Source of the DNA: an uncultured Chlamydiae bacterium
GTDB taxonomy: Bacteria > Chlamydiota > Chlamydiia > Chlamydiales > JAJFMA01
Length of the DNA stretch: 64,000 nt
Direction: 5' to 3'
Assembly (NCBI GenBank): GCA_963713615.1
Contig: CAVQMM010000001.1
Coordinates: 2,944,001 to 3,008,000 of the forward strand
Positions 1 to 9,406 of the stretch are shown piece by piece. A program made the translations under genes and the position numbers. Under the pieces are notes generated by a model that saw only the letters and a list, made by a program, of their open reading frames with translations, was not told the origin of the DNA and ran no database searches. Numbering within the stretch: position 1 is the stretch's first letter; the number at the start of each line of letters is the position of its first letter.

Positions 1-178
1 GCGCTTCGCGCCGACTGACGATTATGACCCCAAAGCACCCCCAATTCTTCCCAAGAACCCCCTTAGGGGCGGGGTTTACAATAAATTGTTTTTACATCCG
101 ATCTTGCTAAATTTTTTGTCTATTCGTTGACTGAAGGTTCTATTGATACGCTTCCGGGGCTTTTAGCAGGCAGTGCAA

Positions 179-880
179 TTAAAGAATGTCTAGCTTATTT
201 AGTATTTGAGCTGCTTTAAAGATCTCCCTTTTGGTTTGACAGTTAAGTTTGTCTTTAATGTTTTCAAAATAGGATTCGACTGTTCGAAAGGAAATTCCTA
301 AGCATTCGGCTGTCTCTTTGGCGGTTTTGCCCTCCAATAGATAGCGAAGGCACTGCTGCTCCCTCTTGGACAACCGCGCCTTATCTATGTGTTGTTCCAT
401 GCCGAAGGCTCTGAGCAATTCATAGGATGAGTCGTTGCTGTTCTGTTCTGGAACAATTTTTACCTGGGCAATCTGATCAAAAAGCCCTAGTCTGTCCCAA
501 GCTTGCCACACTTCTATGATTTTGTTATGAGCGAGGCGGTAAATGGAGATGCCTGAGACGACTCCCTCAGCAAGGCGGGGTGCTATCCCTTCATAGTCAC
601 CTTTATGAAGGAACCTGCAGGTCCAATACACGACCACGCGATCATCACAACCAAAGATGTCATGAATTTCCATGGTCCTTTTGTTGAAGGCGTGAGCTAA
701 GGCCAAGTCTAATTCCTTGGCCTTAGCCAACCCTCGCTCTTCATGGCCTGTAGCAGGTCCGTGCATACGGATATTTATGTCTAGCAGCTCATCATAGAGT
801 TCAATGTGACTTTCCGAGAGCATACCGTCGAGTAGGCGCCGGACAACAGCAATATTGGCCTGAATACGCTTTAGAGTCAT
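179..880 (-). CDS. SnoaL-like (ester cyclase fold) domain fused to a C-terminal LuxR-type HTH regulator
   Basis: N-terminal NTF2/SnoaL pattern (DRVVVYW...HKGDYEGIAP...SGISIYRL..KIIEVWQAWD); C-terminal LSKREQQCLRYLLEGKTAKETAECLGISFRTVESY is a LuxR HTH. Confidence 0.85.
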   Translation of the reverse strand: MTLKRIQANIAVVRRLLDGMLSESHIELYDELLDINIRMHGPATGHEERGLAKAKELDLALAHAFNKRTMEIHDIFGCDDRVVVYWTCRFLHKGDYEGIAPRLAEGVVSGISIYRLAHNKIIEVWQAWDRLGLFDQIAQVKIVPEQNSNDSSYELLRAFGMEQHIDKARLSKREQQCLRYLLEGKTAKETAECLGISFRTVESYFENIKDKLNCQTKREIFKAAQILNKLDIL

Positions 881-895
881 AATCTCTTTTATTAC

Positions 896-1417
896 CTATG
901 TATGTGAGGGGTTGATAGAAATGTCTGCGATTTGCTTCATGATAGCTAACTTATCAAAAGAGCCCCAGATTTCACAGATCTTCCCTTCATCATTAAAACG
1001 ATACATGTTGATGCCCGAAACAGTCACAGTCTTCTGTGTGGCGGGAATTCCCAAGTATTCGCCAACATGTACTAGATGCCACGTCCAGGAGATGATCACG
1101 CGATCATCCCGCGCGAATAGCTCGTGGATTTCTAAACCTACTTGTTGAAAGGATTCCTGCGCTAATTGTTGGTTTTCTCTGGAGCTGTTGATACCTACTT
1201 GGTCGTCGCCAGTTAATCCTAAACCATGAATGACTACATTCTCGTCGACAAACTCGTTGAGTAGATTCCAGTTTGTATCTCTAAAGGATAGATCAAGTAG
1301 TTGCCGGAGAACTGAAACATGGTGTGCTTGGGGGGTATCGGGTTTGGGTTCGGTTCCACACAACAACGTCAAAAGACTACAGAATAATCCAACGCAGAGG
1401 AATTTTACAGAACGCAT
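896..1417 (-). CDS. SnoaL-like ester cyclase family protein with N-terminal signal peptide
   Basis: HVGEYLGIPATQKTVTVSGINMYRF..GKICEIW..FD motif; hydrophobic N-terminus. Confidence 0.85.
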   Translation of the reverse strand: MRSVKFLCVGLFCSLLTLLCGTEPKPDTPQAHHVSVLRQLLDLSFRDTNWNLLNEFVDENVVIHGLGLTGDDQVGINSSRENQQLAQESFQQVGLEIHELFARDDRVIISWTWHLVHVGEYLGIPATQKTVTVSGINMYRFNDEGKICEIWGSFDKLAIMKQIADISINPSHT

Positions 1418-1553
1418 AAATTTACCTTTATGTCATAGTTTGAGAGCTTCATCGTCAATCCTTTAATTGAAGAGTCAAGCTCTAATCGCTCTGAATTATA
1501 GCTTAAGGTAACAATTGAATTTTACCGTATCTACTACGGTGATGGAGATTTAT

Positions 1554-2552
1554 ATGTTCTTTATAAGAATCAGTCTTATTCTTGCGATTTTTTATTTGTT
1601 TAATCCCTTGACATCTCGGGAAACTCCCCTTTCCGTAGTCATTATTGGGGGTGGTCCTACAGGACTTGCAACCGCCATCGAAGCGAAAGTGGCAGGCGCA
1701 AATGTGGTTATCGTGGAAAAAAGGGAGCGATACAGCCGAGAACAATTTGTTTTTCTTCTTGACCCAGCTCTGGGTTTTCTGAACAAGTGGAAAGTTTTTG
1801 TTCCTGAACTAATCCTAGGGGAGGAAGCTGGAGAAAAAGTTGGAGTCATGAGGATTAAGGATTTAGAAATCGCTCTTGCTCAACGAGTCAATGAATTGGG
1901 CATTCCAAAAATCTTTGGAGAATTTCAAAACTTGAAAGACGAGAAAGTGGTTATATCTCAACAAAATCGCAAAATAGAGCTGTCGTACGATATTCTTGTT
2001 GGCGCTGATGGGACGCATAGTGCTGTGCGAGATCATTTGAAGATTACTTCCACGCATTATGGAGATGCTCTTGGTTCAATAGCCGTTATCCCGATTCCGA
2101 TCGGAAATGAAAATATGGAATTTATCGAACCATTCAGCTGCGATACCCTATTCTTTACTAAAATTGTTATCCCTTCTACCACGATCATTTCTGCTCAAGC
2201 CAGGGAGTTGTCAAAACAACTAATGGTTTCTGGAGCGATACAATGTGGATGGTTGGAAGAGGCTGATTTCATCTTCTCCGACAAAGCAAAGTACTTTGCG
2301 GATATAGAAATCCGTTTGCAGCAATCTAAGACTTTTTCAGACATCAAGAAATCAGCGATTCTCTTAGGTGATGCCGCAGCTTCAGCGAGTTTTCTTGTAG
2401 GAATGGGAGCTAACTGTGGATTGGAAACGGCTATGGTAGCTGGTCGATTCTTCAGAACAGAACAGAATGAGATAGACTATGTGGATTTTAATCATGCTAT
2501 GCAAGACATTACTGACCGGCTCATTAATGGGAGCCTCTTTCTTTTTAAATAA
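1554..2552 (+). CDS. FAD-dependent oxidoreductase/monooxygenase
   Basis: GGGPTGL Rossmann motif, LVGADG, LLGDAA...GMGANCG; ATG 1554 follows GGAGA. Confidence 0.85.
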   Translation: MFFIRISLILAIFYLFNPLTSRETPLSVVIIGGGPTGLATAIEAKVAGANVVIVEKRERYSREQFVFLLDPALGFLNKWKVFVPELILGEEAGEKVGVMRIKDLEIALAQRVNELGIPKIFGEFQNLKDEKVVISQQNRKIELSYDILVGADGTHSAVRDHLKITSTHYGDALGSIAVIPIPIGNENMEFIEPFSCDTLFFTKIVIPSTTIISAQARELSKQLMVSGAIQCGWLEEADFIFSDKAKYFADIEIRLQQSKTFSDIKKSAILLGDAAASASFLVGMGANCGLETAMVAGRFFRTEQNEIDYVDFNHAMQDITDRLINGSLFLFK

Positions 2553-2568
2553 AGATGCTGAGCAACCT

Positions 2569-2675
2569 ATGACAACGATTTACCAGCAACACACCTTCTC
2601 GGCAGAGACTATGGTCGTCATTGGCGGCAATCGTGGTATTGGCCTAGGCTTTGTTAGGTATTACCTATCACAGGA
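2569..2675 (+). pseudogene. N-terminal fragment of a short-chain dehydrogenase/reductase
   Basis: MTTIYQQH...VVIGGNRGIGLGFVRYYLSQ carries GxxxGxG, then runs into the antisense of the next gene. Confidence 0.65.
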
Positions 2676-3040
2676 GAATAGCCCAAGAGATATAAAGCAA
2701 AGTCTACAACATGCCCGGCGGAATGAAGACGCATATTGAGATATCGCCTATTCCAATCGAGGGTTCCTTTTAACAAGGTGCCAACAGGTGGGGGTTGCTC
2801 TCCTTCTACATAGTGAATAGTTTTGCCATCTTTTAGTAAAACTTGGCAAACTTTACCTTTCCAGTTGTCTGTAGAAAGTATTCCTTGATCAGTTGATTGT
2901 CCTCCACCCCTCGGATAGAAAATGGTTTTATCCAGAACGATCATCCATCGTTGCTGTTGATCACTTTCTTTGTCAATCTCAGCAATTACTGCATCCATCT
3001 CTTTGAGATACGCATCATTCAAATAAAGTGGAGTGGTCAT
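2654..3040 (-). pseudogene. Truncated alanyl-tRNA editing protein (AlaXp-like)
   Basis: LYLNDAY, LDKTIFYPRGGGQ, MRLHSAGH (HxxxH); stops after 128 aa and lacks the C-terminal CxxxH half. Confidence 0.8.
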
Positions 3041-3162
3041 AAATCCTCTACAATGTCTTTAGAGACACATAACGGCCTATCATAAACGCGCGAGTGGGGT
3101 TAAATAGTAAGCGATCAAGAGCTGGAAGGCAACCGCTATTTAAGCGGCTGCCGGGCTTAATA

Positions 3163-3675
3163 TTACGCAAGTTCAAGCTCTGAGAAGACTTGAATAGCTT
3201 CTGCTATGAATTTGGGCAATTGAGGATGATGAGCTTCATAGGCTTTACGCAGGTCGCTCTCCATAATGAACTGACCGTGACCAGAATAGGATTCTTTTGT
3301 TGGAGTCCAAAATGTCTTTAACCAGAGATAGTGCCTGCGAATAATGCTTTGTACCTCTTTAGAATTCGCCTTGAAGTGTTTTTCCATCATCTTGACGAGT
3401 TCCTTGCAAATTGCGTCAAATTCTTTCCTGGATTTTTCCCAATCAGCTTTGGACCAATTTTTAACATTCTGGTGGCTTTCTGCGATCGAGTCTTTGACGT
3501 TGTCTCCAAAGCGGCTTATGAGCTGTTTCTCATAATCGGCCTGTTCTTCTTCATAATACCGATATCCATTAGATCCGTGATAGGCCGGTTTTAAGAGACC
3601 CACTTCATCGTACCAATGTAGCGTGCGTACGCTGACTCCTGAAATTTTAGCTAACTTCGTAACTGTGTAGGCCCT
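3163..3675 (-). pseudogene. MerR/TipA-type regulator with lost start codon and internal deletion
   Basis: AYTVTKLAKISGVSVRTLHWYDEVGLLKP..NGYRYY HTH joins directly to a TipAS-like domain; the codon after the GAAGGAG RBS is AGG (3673-3675) instead of ATG. Confidence 0.75.
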
Positions 3676-3720
3676 TGATTTTGCTCCTTCAATATCCCTT
3701 TGATATTAAATGATGCCGTA

Positions 3721-3751
3721 ATAGTAGGGAATGACGTGACGTGAGGGTCAA
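3721..3751 (-). promoter_or_regulatory. MerR-type promoter/operator (19-bp spacer)
   Basis: Minus strand TTGACC-ctcacgtcacgtcattccc(19)-TACTAT; CTCACGTCACGT core resembles the TipA operator. Confidence 0.8.
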
Positions 3752-3871
3752 GTGACTTTTTTTTCATTTCCAGCCTTCGAGGAATTATGGTATAATTCGT
3801 GCGCGATTATAGCTTTCTAATACTCTTAAGTTGGCCAGAAGCTTGAGAGCTACCATTCGGATTGATCTAAG

Positions 3872-4489
3872 ATGAAAATTAAACTACTCTTTAAGGGTCT
3901 GTACGTCATTGTTGCTAGCGCAATGTGTTGTTTTGCGGAGGCGGTTGACCTTCCGCACCAATTTACCATTACTGAAAGGCTTCTAACGATCAGGACGGAA
4001 TTCGATATCGAAAGTTCTGGGTATCAGCTCGGCTATGTAAGTCGGACGTTATTTAGTCTGCTGCCGGAGTATACGTTGTATGATTGCCATAACCAGCTTC
4101 AGGCTGTGGCGCGTATGCGCTGGACGGTTTTTGGCACCAGTTTCGATATCGTGGACTCTCAGGGGCTGCTTATCGGCATTGTTGATAAACACGCTCTCTC
4201 CCTATTGTTCTCAACGTTCGACATTATTTGTCCCAACGGGAACGGGCAGAGGTTGGCTACTGCTCAGTCAAACTTTGCGGGCACTGAGTACGTGGTGACA
4301 GAACCGTTAACCTCTGAGGTGATTGCTACCATTTCCCGTCCCTTGTTCCATTTTCGCGATTGCTGGACTGTCGATGTTCTTAATGAAGAATTATTGGCGC
4401 AAAAAGGGATTGACCCTTCGGTATTTGTCCTGATTGCTGTTTTTCAAACGGATGGAAGAGAGGACTGCAACGAGAGTCTAAGCCAATAA
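3872..4489 (+). CDS. LURP-one/scramblase (tubby C-terminal-like) family protein with signal peptide
   Basis: Repeated beta-hairpin units (FDIVDSQGLLIGIV, IATISRPLFHFRDCWTVDV, IDPSVFVLIA); hydrophobic N-terminus. Confidence 0.7.
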   Translation: MKIKLLFKGLYVIVASAMCCFAEAVDLPHQFTITERLLTIRTEFDIESSGYQLGYVSRTLFSLLPEYTLYDCHNQLQAVARMRWTVFGTSFDIVDSQGLLIGIVDKHALSLLFSTFDIICPNGNGQRLATAQSNFAGTEYVVTEPLTSEVIATISRPLFHFRDCWTVDVLNEELLAQKGIDPSVFVLIAVFQTDGREDCNESLSQ

Positions 4490-4548
4490 GGTTGTGTGGG
4501 CGAAGGTCCATCCGCAGTCATTTAGTGCAAGATGGTGTGAGGATTGAA

Positions 4549-4896
4549 GTGATTATCTATATTTATCCAAAGTGTTCAACGTGTAAAGATGCAATTCGAT
4601 TTTTAGAAAAGAAAAAGATCATATTTAGCGCTAAAGACATTACTAAAATACCTCCTACCCTTGAGGAATTGCAAACGATGCTGGGCTATAAGGAGGGTGA
4701 TTTGAAAAAACTCTTCAACTCATCGGGCCAGCTTTATAAAAAAATGCAGCTTAGCCAAAAGCTTCCCGGTATGCCTCTCGAGGCGGCTTTAACGTTGTTA
4801 AATCAGCAAGGCATGCTTGTTAAACGCCCTTTCCTTCTTGGCGAAGATTTTGGGCTTACCGGCTTTAACGAAGCGTCTTGGTCCAAAATATTCTAA
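4549..4896 (+). CDS. ArsC/Spx (YffB-like) family protein
   Basis: YPKCSTCKDA, LFNSSGQLY, MLVKRPFL, GFNE; GTG start at 4549 inferred. Confidence 0.9.
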   Translation: MIIYIYPKCSTCKDAIRFLEKKKIIFSAKDITKIPPTLEELQTMLGYKEGDLKKLFNSSGQLYKKMQLSQKLPGMPLEAALTLLNQQGMLVKRPFLLGEDFGLTGFNEASWSKIF

Positions 4897-4905
4897 TCTG
4901 AGGTT

Positions 4906-5940
4906 TTAGATCCATTGAGGCTTGATAAGAATTTTCCCCAAAGTCATTTCTTTCTGATAAGCTTCAAGAGCTTTTGAAGCGTCCTCTAACTTGACTTGTT
5001 TGCTAATGGTCGTATGAAATGATCCATTTGCTAACAGCTTTTGGACATGATTCGTGGCTTGATAAAGACCGAAAAAGCCCTTTTGAGCAATCCAAGCTGG
5101 TAGATAGAACCCTTCGACCACTTTCTCCTGAAAAATGAGGGCTAGAGGGCTGATGTTGGCACACGCGGCGCCGGATAACGCGCCATAGACCAAAACCTTA
5201 GAATGGTTAGGCATGGCGTTCAGAATTAATCCTGTCATATTTCCTGCAATCGCATCAAAAGCAATTGTTGCATTTACTCTCTTTGCTGCTTCCTTAAGTT
5301 CTTTTTCGAAGCTTTCCGACTCTGAATTCAAGACTATTTTGGCCCCTAAGTCTTTCAGGAGACTCCCTTGATCCTTTCTCCTGACGATATGTATTGATGG
5401 AATTCCTGCTTCATTCGCTAAGTGTAGGACCATTTTTCCGACCTGACTTGCGGCAGCTGTCTGAATAATAGCTTTGTGACTCTCTTTGCGCATCATGTCG
5501 AGAAGGCCTAACGCAGTTAAGGGGTTGATGATCAGTGATGCTCCCTGTTCAAAGTTTACCGCATCTTTTAAAACAACACAGGTCTTTGTATCGACTACGC
5601 AGTATTCCGCCCAAGTTCCATCAGAATCACTTTGAGCAGAAAAGGCCACTCTTTTTCCCATCAACCACCGGGCAAGCATTCCGCCACCGGAGGCAATCAC
5701 AGTACCTGCGCCTTCCCACCCGGGAACGGCTGGAAGGGTTTTCAGCCTTCCATAACGTCCTTGAAGTAGCAAGAGATCGGATGGATTGCAGGGCGCTGCT
5801 TCGACCTTAACCAGGATATATCCATGAGGCGGCTTTGGTACCGACTTCTTAACCACATGTAGGCTTCGAATCGCTTCAAAGGGATCTTCATGATAACCAT
5901 CAATTTGCAATACGCGCATTTCATCAGGGATGTTGCTCAT
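4906..5940 (-). CDS. Medium-chain dehydrogenase/reductase (quinone oxidoreductase/enoyl reductase-like)
   Basis: AAPCNPSD, PGWEGAGTV, GTWAEY, NPLTA, AAASQVG, GKILI. Confidence 0.9.
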   Translation of the reverse strand: MSNIPDEMRVLQIDGYHEDPFEAIRSLHVVKKSVPKPPHGYILVKVEAAPCNPSDLLLLQGRYGRLKTLPAVPGWEGAGTVIASGGGMLARWLMGKRVAFSAQSDSDGTWAEYCVVDTKTCVVLKDAVNFEQGASLIINPLTALGLLDMMRKESHKAIIQTAAASQVGKMVLHLANEAGIPSIHIVRRKDQGSLLKDLGAKIVLNSESESFEKELKEAAKRVNATIAFDAIAGNMTGLILNAMPNHSKVLVYGALSGAACANISPLALIFQEKVVEGFYLPAWIAQKGFFGLYQATNHVQKLLANGSFHTTISKQVKLEDASKALEAYQKEMTLGKILIKPQWI

Positions 5941-6402
5941 AAAAACCTCTAATTTAGAATATGCGTGGTCTATATCTATTCATTTATCGATATGGAGGAT
6001 AATCGCGCAAGCATGTTACAGGCATACGCATCAATCTAACGAGAAAACAGTGATCTTATCTTACTAAATATTAGCTTGTTAAAATCTAAAAAATGTTGTA
6101 GATACGTCTAAAATGGACTTTAACAGGATATGCAGGATCGCTTCGCGGCATGATAGGCAGGATCACTCCCTATCATCTTCAAAATCATAGTGTTAACGCT
6201 ATTTTAAAAAAATAATGAAATAGAGGTTGAATCAGGATCGGCTCAAATGCTCTCCACTCCTACCCCATTTCACATTAAGCATATTGTCAGCCCTATTTGC
6301 ATTAAATTAATTTCTTGTTGTCAAGAAAGCCCATCAAAGCTGAAGATTGCTATTGATTATTTCTGTATTGAGCTTTCAACTTTCGAAAAATGGCAGGCCT
6401 TT

Positions 6403-8343
6403 ATGAATAAAAAATGCTTTTTGACACTAGCTGCAATTGCTTTGAGCCTTTCCAAACTTTTTTCGAATGACCGGCTAATGGATCAAGAGATCAAGCATGT
6501 GGTGATTCTAATGCTTGAGAATCGGTCCTTTGATAATGCCTTAGCCTGGCTATATGAAAACGATACGCCCCTTCAATTTATCCCTAACAATGCCAATCCG
6601 CAGTTCTTGGGGCTGTCAGAGGATAGTCTGAATCGGTATACCAACACGCTGAAAAATTCGTCGGGTGAAATCGTATTCTCCTGTCCACCCCTTAAAGGCC
6701 TCCCTTCTGTAGCTGGACTAAAGGCTATTAATTCACCTCAATTTGATCCTCATGAAGCATTTCCACATGTGACTAATCAAATTTATGGATTTGATAATAG
6801 CAGTACCCCAACGATGTTAGGATTTTTGCAAGACTATGCTACTCAATGGAAGGAAGACGTTTGGTTAAATAAGCAAAAAACCATCTGCGCTGTGATGGAG
6901 ACCTATACGGAAAAGGAACTACCTACCCTTTATAGATTGGCTAGGCACTATGCTGTCAGTGATTTGTGGTTCTCTTCTGTGCCTACACAAACAAACCCCA
7001 ATCGCGCTTTTACTATTTGCGGTACGTCAGATGGTCAAACCGTCAATGGTGCTCTGGGTCAAAGCATTTTCCACTCAGATACCCTGTGGAATCGTTTGGT
7101 AGAAAAATCACCGGAAACTACCTGGGCTATTTTCTGGCAGTCGGATATGCTGCCAGGGGTGATTAAAGGTCCTGCAAGTGGACCCAAGACGTTTAGTAGT
7201 TTGAAACGTATTCCCAATATTGATAGCCACTTCCTCAAAATAGATACGTTTCATGAGCTCGCTAGAAATGGACAGCTGCCCGCAGTAAGTTTCCTAGAAC
7301 CACAATGGACAGTTTCAGATTGTTTGGATCTTTCAAATTGCGATTTTGTGGACGTCAAAGATGTGCCACTAGGTGCGCAGGGGAACGATTTGCATCCTCC
7401 CGGAGATGTACGTACAGGTGAAAACTTTGTCGCTAACATCTATACCAGTTTGATTGCCAATCCAGAAGCGTGGAATCAGACGCTTTTAGTGATCACATTT
7501 GATGAGCATGGCGGATTATTCGACCATGTGCCTCCGCCTGCGGCGGTGCCTCCAGACCACCAGTTCCAAGATGAATTCCAATTTGACCGCCTAGGGGTAC
7601 GCGTCCCGACCATTTTTATTTCACCAAAAATTGAAAAGAAGACCATCGTTCGTTCAAATGACCCTGCAATTCCCTTCGACCACACGTCACTGATATCGAC
7701 GATTTTTCAGTGGAGGCATTTGGACCGGGAACAGTGGAAGATGGGACAAAGAGCAGCAAAAGCGCCGACCTTCGATACGGTGGTAACCCTTACGAAGCCT
7801 CGTGGAGATGCTGTATTGGTGCCTGATGAGATTCTCCTTTCACGAGCGGATCCGAAAGACGTCGTACAAATGGGCGACTCTTTGTGCCTTAAAAATAGGA
7901 ATGGTGTCTATGTTCTTAAGAGCAAAGGAACATCAACCCCTCATTTAGGTAGTGCAGACCAAAAGGCGACTTTGCGGTTTGCGTGCGGAGCGGGGAAAAT
8001 CACTCATGGATCCTTCGTTTTTATTGAAAAGGATAAATCGAACACGGACGATGCAACAATGCTGTTACAGGCGGACCTGCACAAGCATGAGTGCTCTTTT
8101 AGCCAAAATTGTCATGCAAGTTCGCAATGGTGGACAGTGAAAAGCACTGACCACCCTTATGTGGGTTATGAAATTCAATATGGGGACAAAATCTACCTTG
8201 AAAACCATATTTACATGGACCTCGTGCAATATGTTCCTGCCAGATTATGTCAGAAAAAAGGATGGTTTAGCACCTATCTGGCTGCACAAACAATTCTTGC
8301 AGAGGGGTGTGATGACAATTATTGGGTTATAGAAAGGCCATAA
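6403..8343 (+). CDS. Phosphoesterase/phospholipase C family protein with extra C-terminal domain
   Basis: IKHVVILMLENRSFD, TQTNPNR, DLHPP, TFDEHGGLFDHVPPP, LGVRVP, FDHTS; signal peptide from ATG 6403. Confidence 0.9.
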   Translation: MNKKCFLTLAAIALSLSKLFSNDRLMDQEIKHVVILMLENRSFDNALAWLYENDTPLQFIPNNANPQFLGLSEDSLNRYTNTLKNSSGEIVFSCPPLKGLPSVAGLKAINSPQFDPHEAFPHVTNQIYGFDNSSTPTMLGFLQDYATQWKEDVWLNKQKTICAVMETYTEKELPTLYRLARHYAVSDLWFSSVPTQTNPNRAFTICGTSDGQTVNGALGQSIFHSDTLWNRLVEKSPETTWAIFWQSDMLPGVIKGPASGPKTFSSLKRIPNIDSHFLKIDTFHELARNGQLPAVSFLEPQWTVSDCLDLSNCDFVDVKDVPLGAQGNDLHPPGDVRTGENFVANIYTSLIANPEAWNQTLLVITFDEHGGLFDHVPPPAAVPPDHQFQDEFQFDRLGVRVPTIFISPKIEKKTIVRSNDPAIPFDHTSLISTIFQWRHLDREQWKMGQRAAKAPTFDTVVTLTKPRGDAVLVPDEILLSRADPKDVVQMGDSLCLKNRNGVYVLKSKGTSTPHLGSADQKATLRFACGAGKITHGSFVFIEKDKSNTDDATMLLQADLHKHECSFSQNCHASSQWWTVKSTDHPYVGYEIQYGDKIYLENHIYMDLVQYVPARLCQKKGWFSTYLAAQTILAEGCDDNYWVIERP

Positions 8344-8391
8344 AGCGTAGATTTCGTTTACAAACCAAGACTTAGCCCTACCTCAGATAGA

Positions 8392-8428
8392 ACTCGAACG
8401 GCTCCTGCCTGTGAAGAGTCGTTCGAGT
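8392..8428. terminator. Hairpin between convergent genes
   Basis: actcgaacggctc-N11-gagtcgttcgagt, 13-bp stem. Confidence 0.55.
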
Positions 8429-8437
8429 GTAATGGGT

Positions 8438-9061
8438 CTATTTACTTGGGGTAGGTAGTTCGCAAATAATTTGGACTTTGTCATCAGGTTGGAAACCTTT
8501 AAAGTCCTTGGGCACATCGAAGTGAGAGTTTTCTACGATTTCAAGCTCACCTATTTTACTAATATCTATGTTAGATCCTGAATTAGAACTAAACATGCCA
8601 GAAAAGAAGCCTTTCTTCTGTGGCGTGTTTCCTTTCGACTCGTCTTGTTTATTGAATTTGTCTTCGCCGTATGTGACGGAAACTTCTTTTACAGTTTTGT
8701 CTTCTACGACGTTACCTTTAAGGACTGGCTTACCATCTTGGGTTGTTCCAAAGGCATACGGTTCGATGATCAGCTTTTTAATGACGACTTTCTTTTCCTT
8801 GGTGCTCACAATCTCCTTGCTGACAACCGTGATTGCTAAGCGTTGTTGATGGGAGATGGCCATACAAATGGGGTTATCAAGTCTATCAGCCCTAGTGTCT
8901 TGCTGCATGATGTAGCCGCCCCCATTTCCATCCCCATTCCCATTTCCATCCCCATAGCCAAATTGTAGGCTAAAAGGACCAGCGCCGAAGTCAAAGCCTT
9001 GAGCGGCGAGCGCTCCGGTGAACAAAGATGCACTAACGACGAGAGTACTTAGGATTTTCAT
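8438..9061 (-). CDS. Exported protein with a WYL-like domain
   Basis: Signal peptide, Gly/Asn linker, then ICMAI..RLAI...IEPYAFG...VLKG...IDISKIGELEI...F...PDD..IICEL. Confidence 0.55.
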   Translation of the reverse strand: MKILSTLVVSASLFTGALAAQGFDFGAGPFSLQFGYGDGNGNGDGNGGGYIMQQDTRADRLDNPICMAISHQQRLAITVVSKEIVSTKEKKVVIKKLIIEPYAFGTTQDGKPVLKGNVVEDKTVKEVSVTYGEDKFNKQDESKGNTPQKKGFFSGMFSSNSGSNIDISKIGELEIVENSHFDVPKDFKGFQPDDKVQIICELPTPSK

Positions 9062-9360
9062 ACATAGCTCCTTCTGTTGAAACAGAACATAAACAACCGA
9101 AAAACATTCGAAGATATAGATCGGTAGTCCTAGGAGCCCATGAAGTCCCTGCGGGAGAGACTTCTAGTTTGATGGATATGACATCCTTAACCTTAGCTGG
9201 AAATTGTTTTTTTGGGAATGCATCCCGATTTTCAGGTTCATCCGGTTTTGTAGGACTTGACGACGCAGGCAGGAGTGAGGAGGGAAAGAGGAGGATTAGG
9301 AATTAGGGTTTTTACACAGAGAACACTGAGACACATAGCAGATAGGAGAGAGAGAAAATG

Positions 9361-9384
9361 CCCTGCCTCGATGGGGAGGCAGGG
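9361..9384 (-). terminator. Probable terminator of the porin gene
   Basis: ccctgcctc-gatggg-gaggcaggg stem just downstream of the stop, followed by a pyrimidine run on the minus strand. Confidence 0.55.
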
Positions 9385-9406
9385 TGGAGGAGTGCCATTT
9401 TTCACT

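Noticed and set aside
55..78. ccccttaggggcgggg as an IS200/IS605 end
   Set aside because: Too short, at the window edge, and no tnpA or tnpB visible
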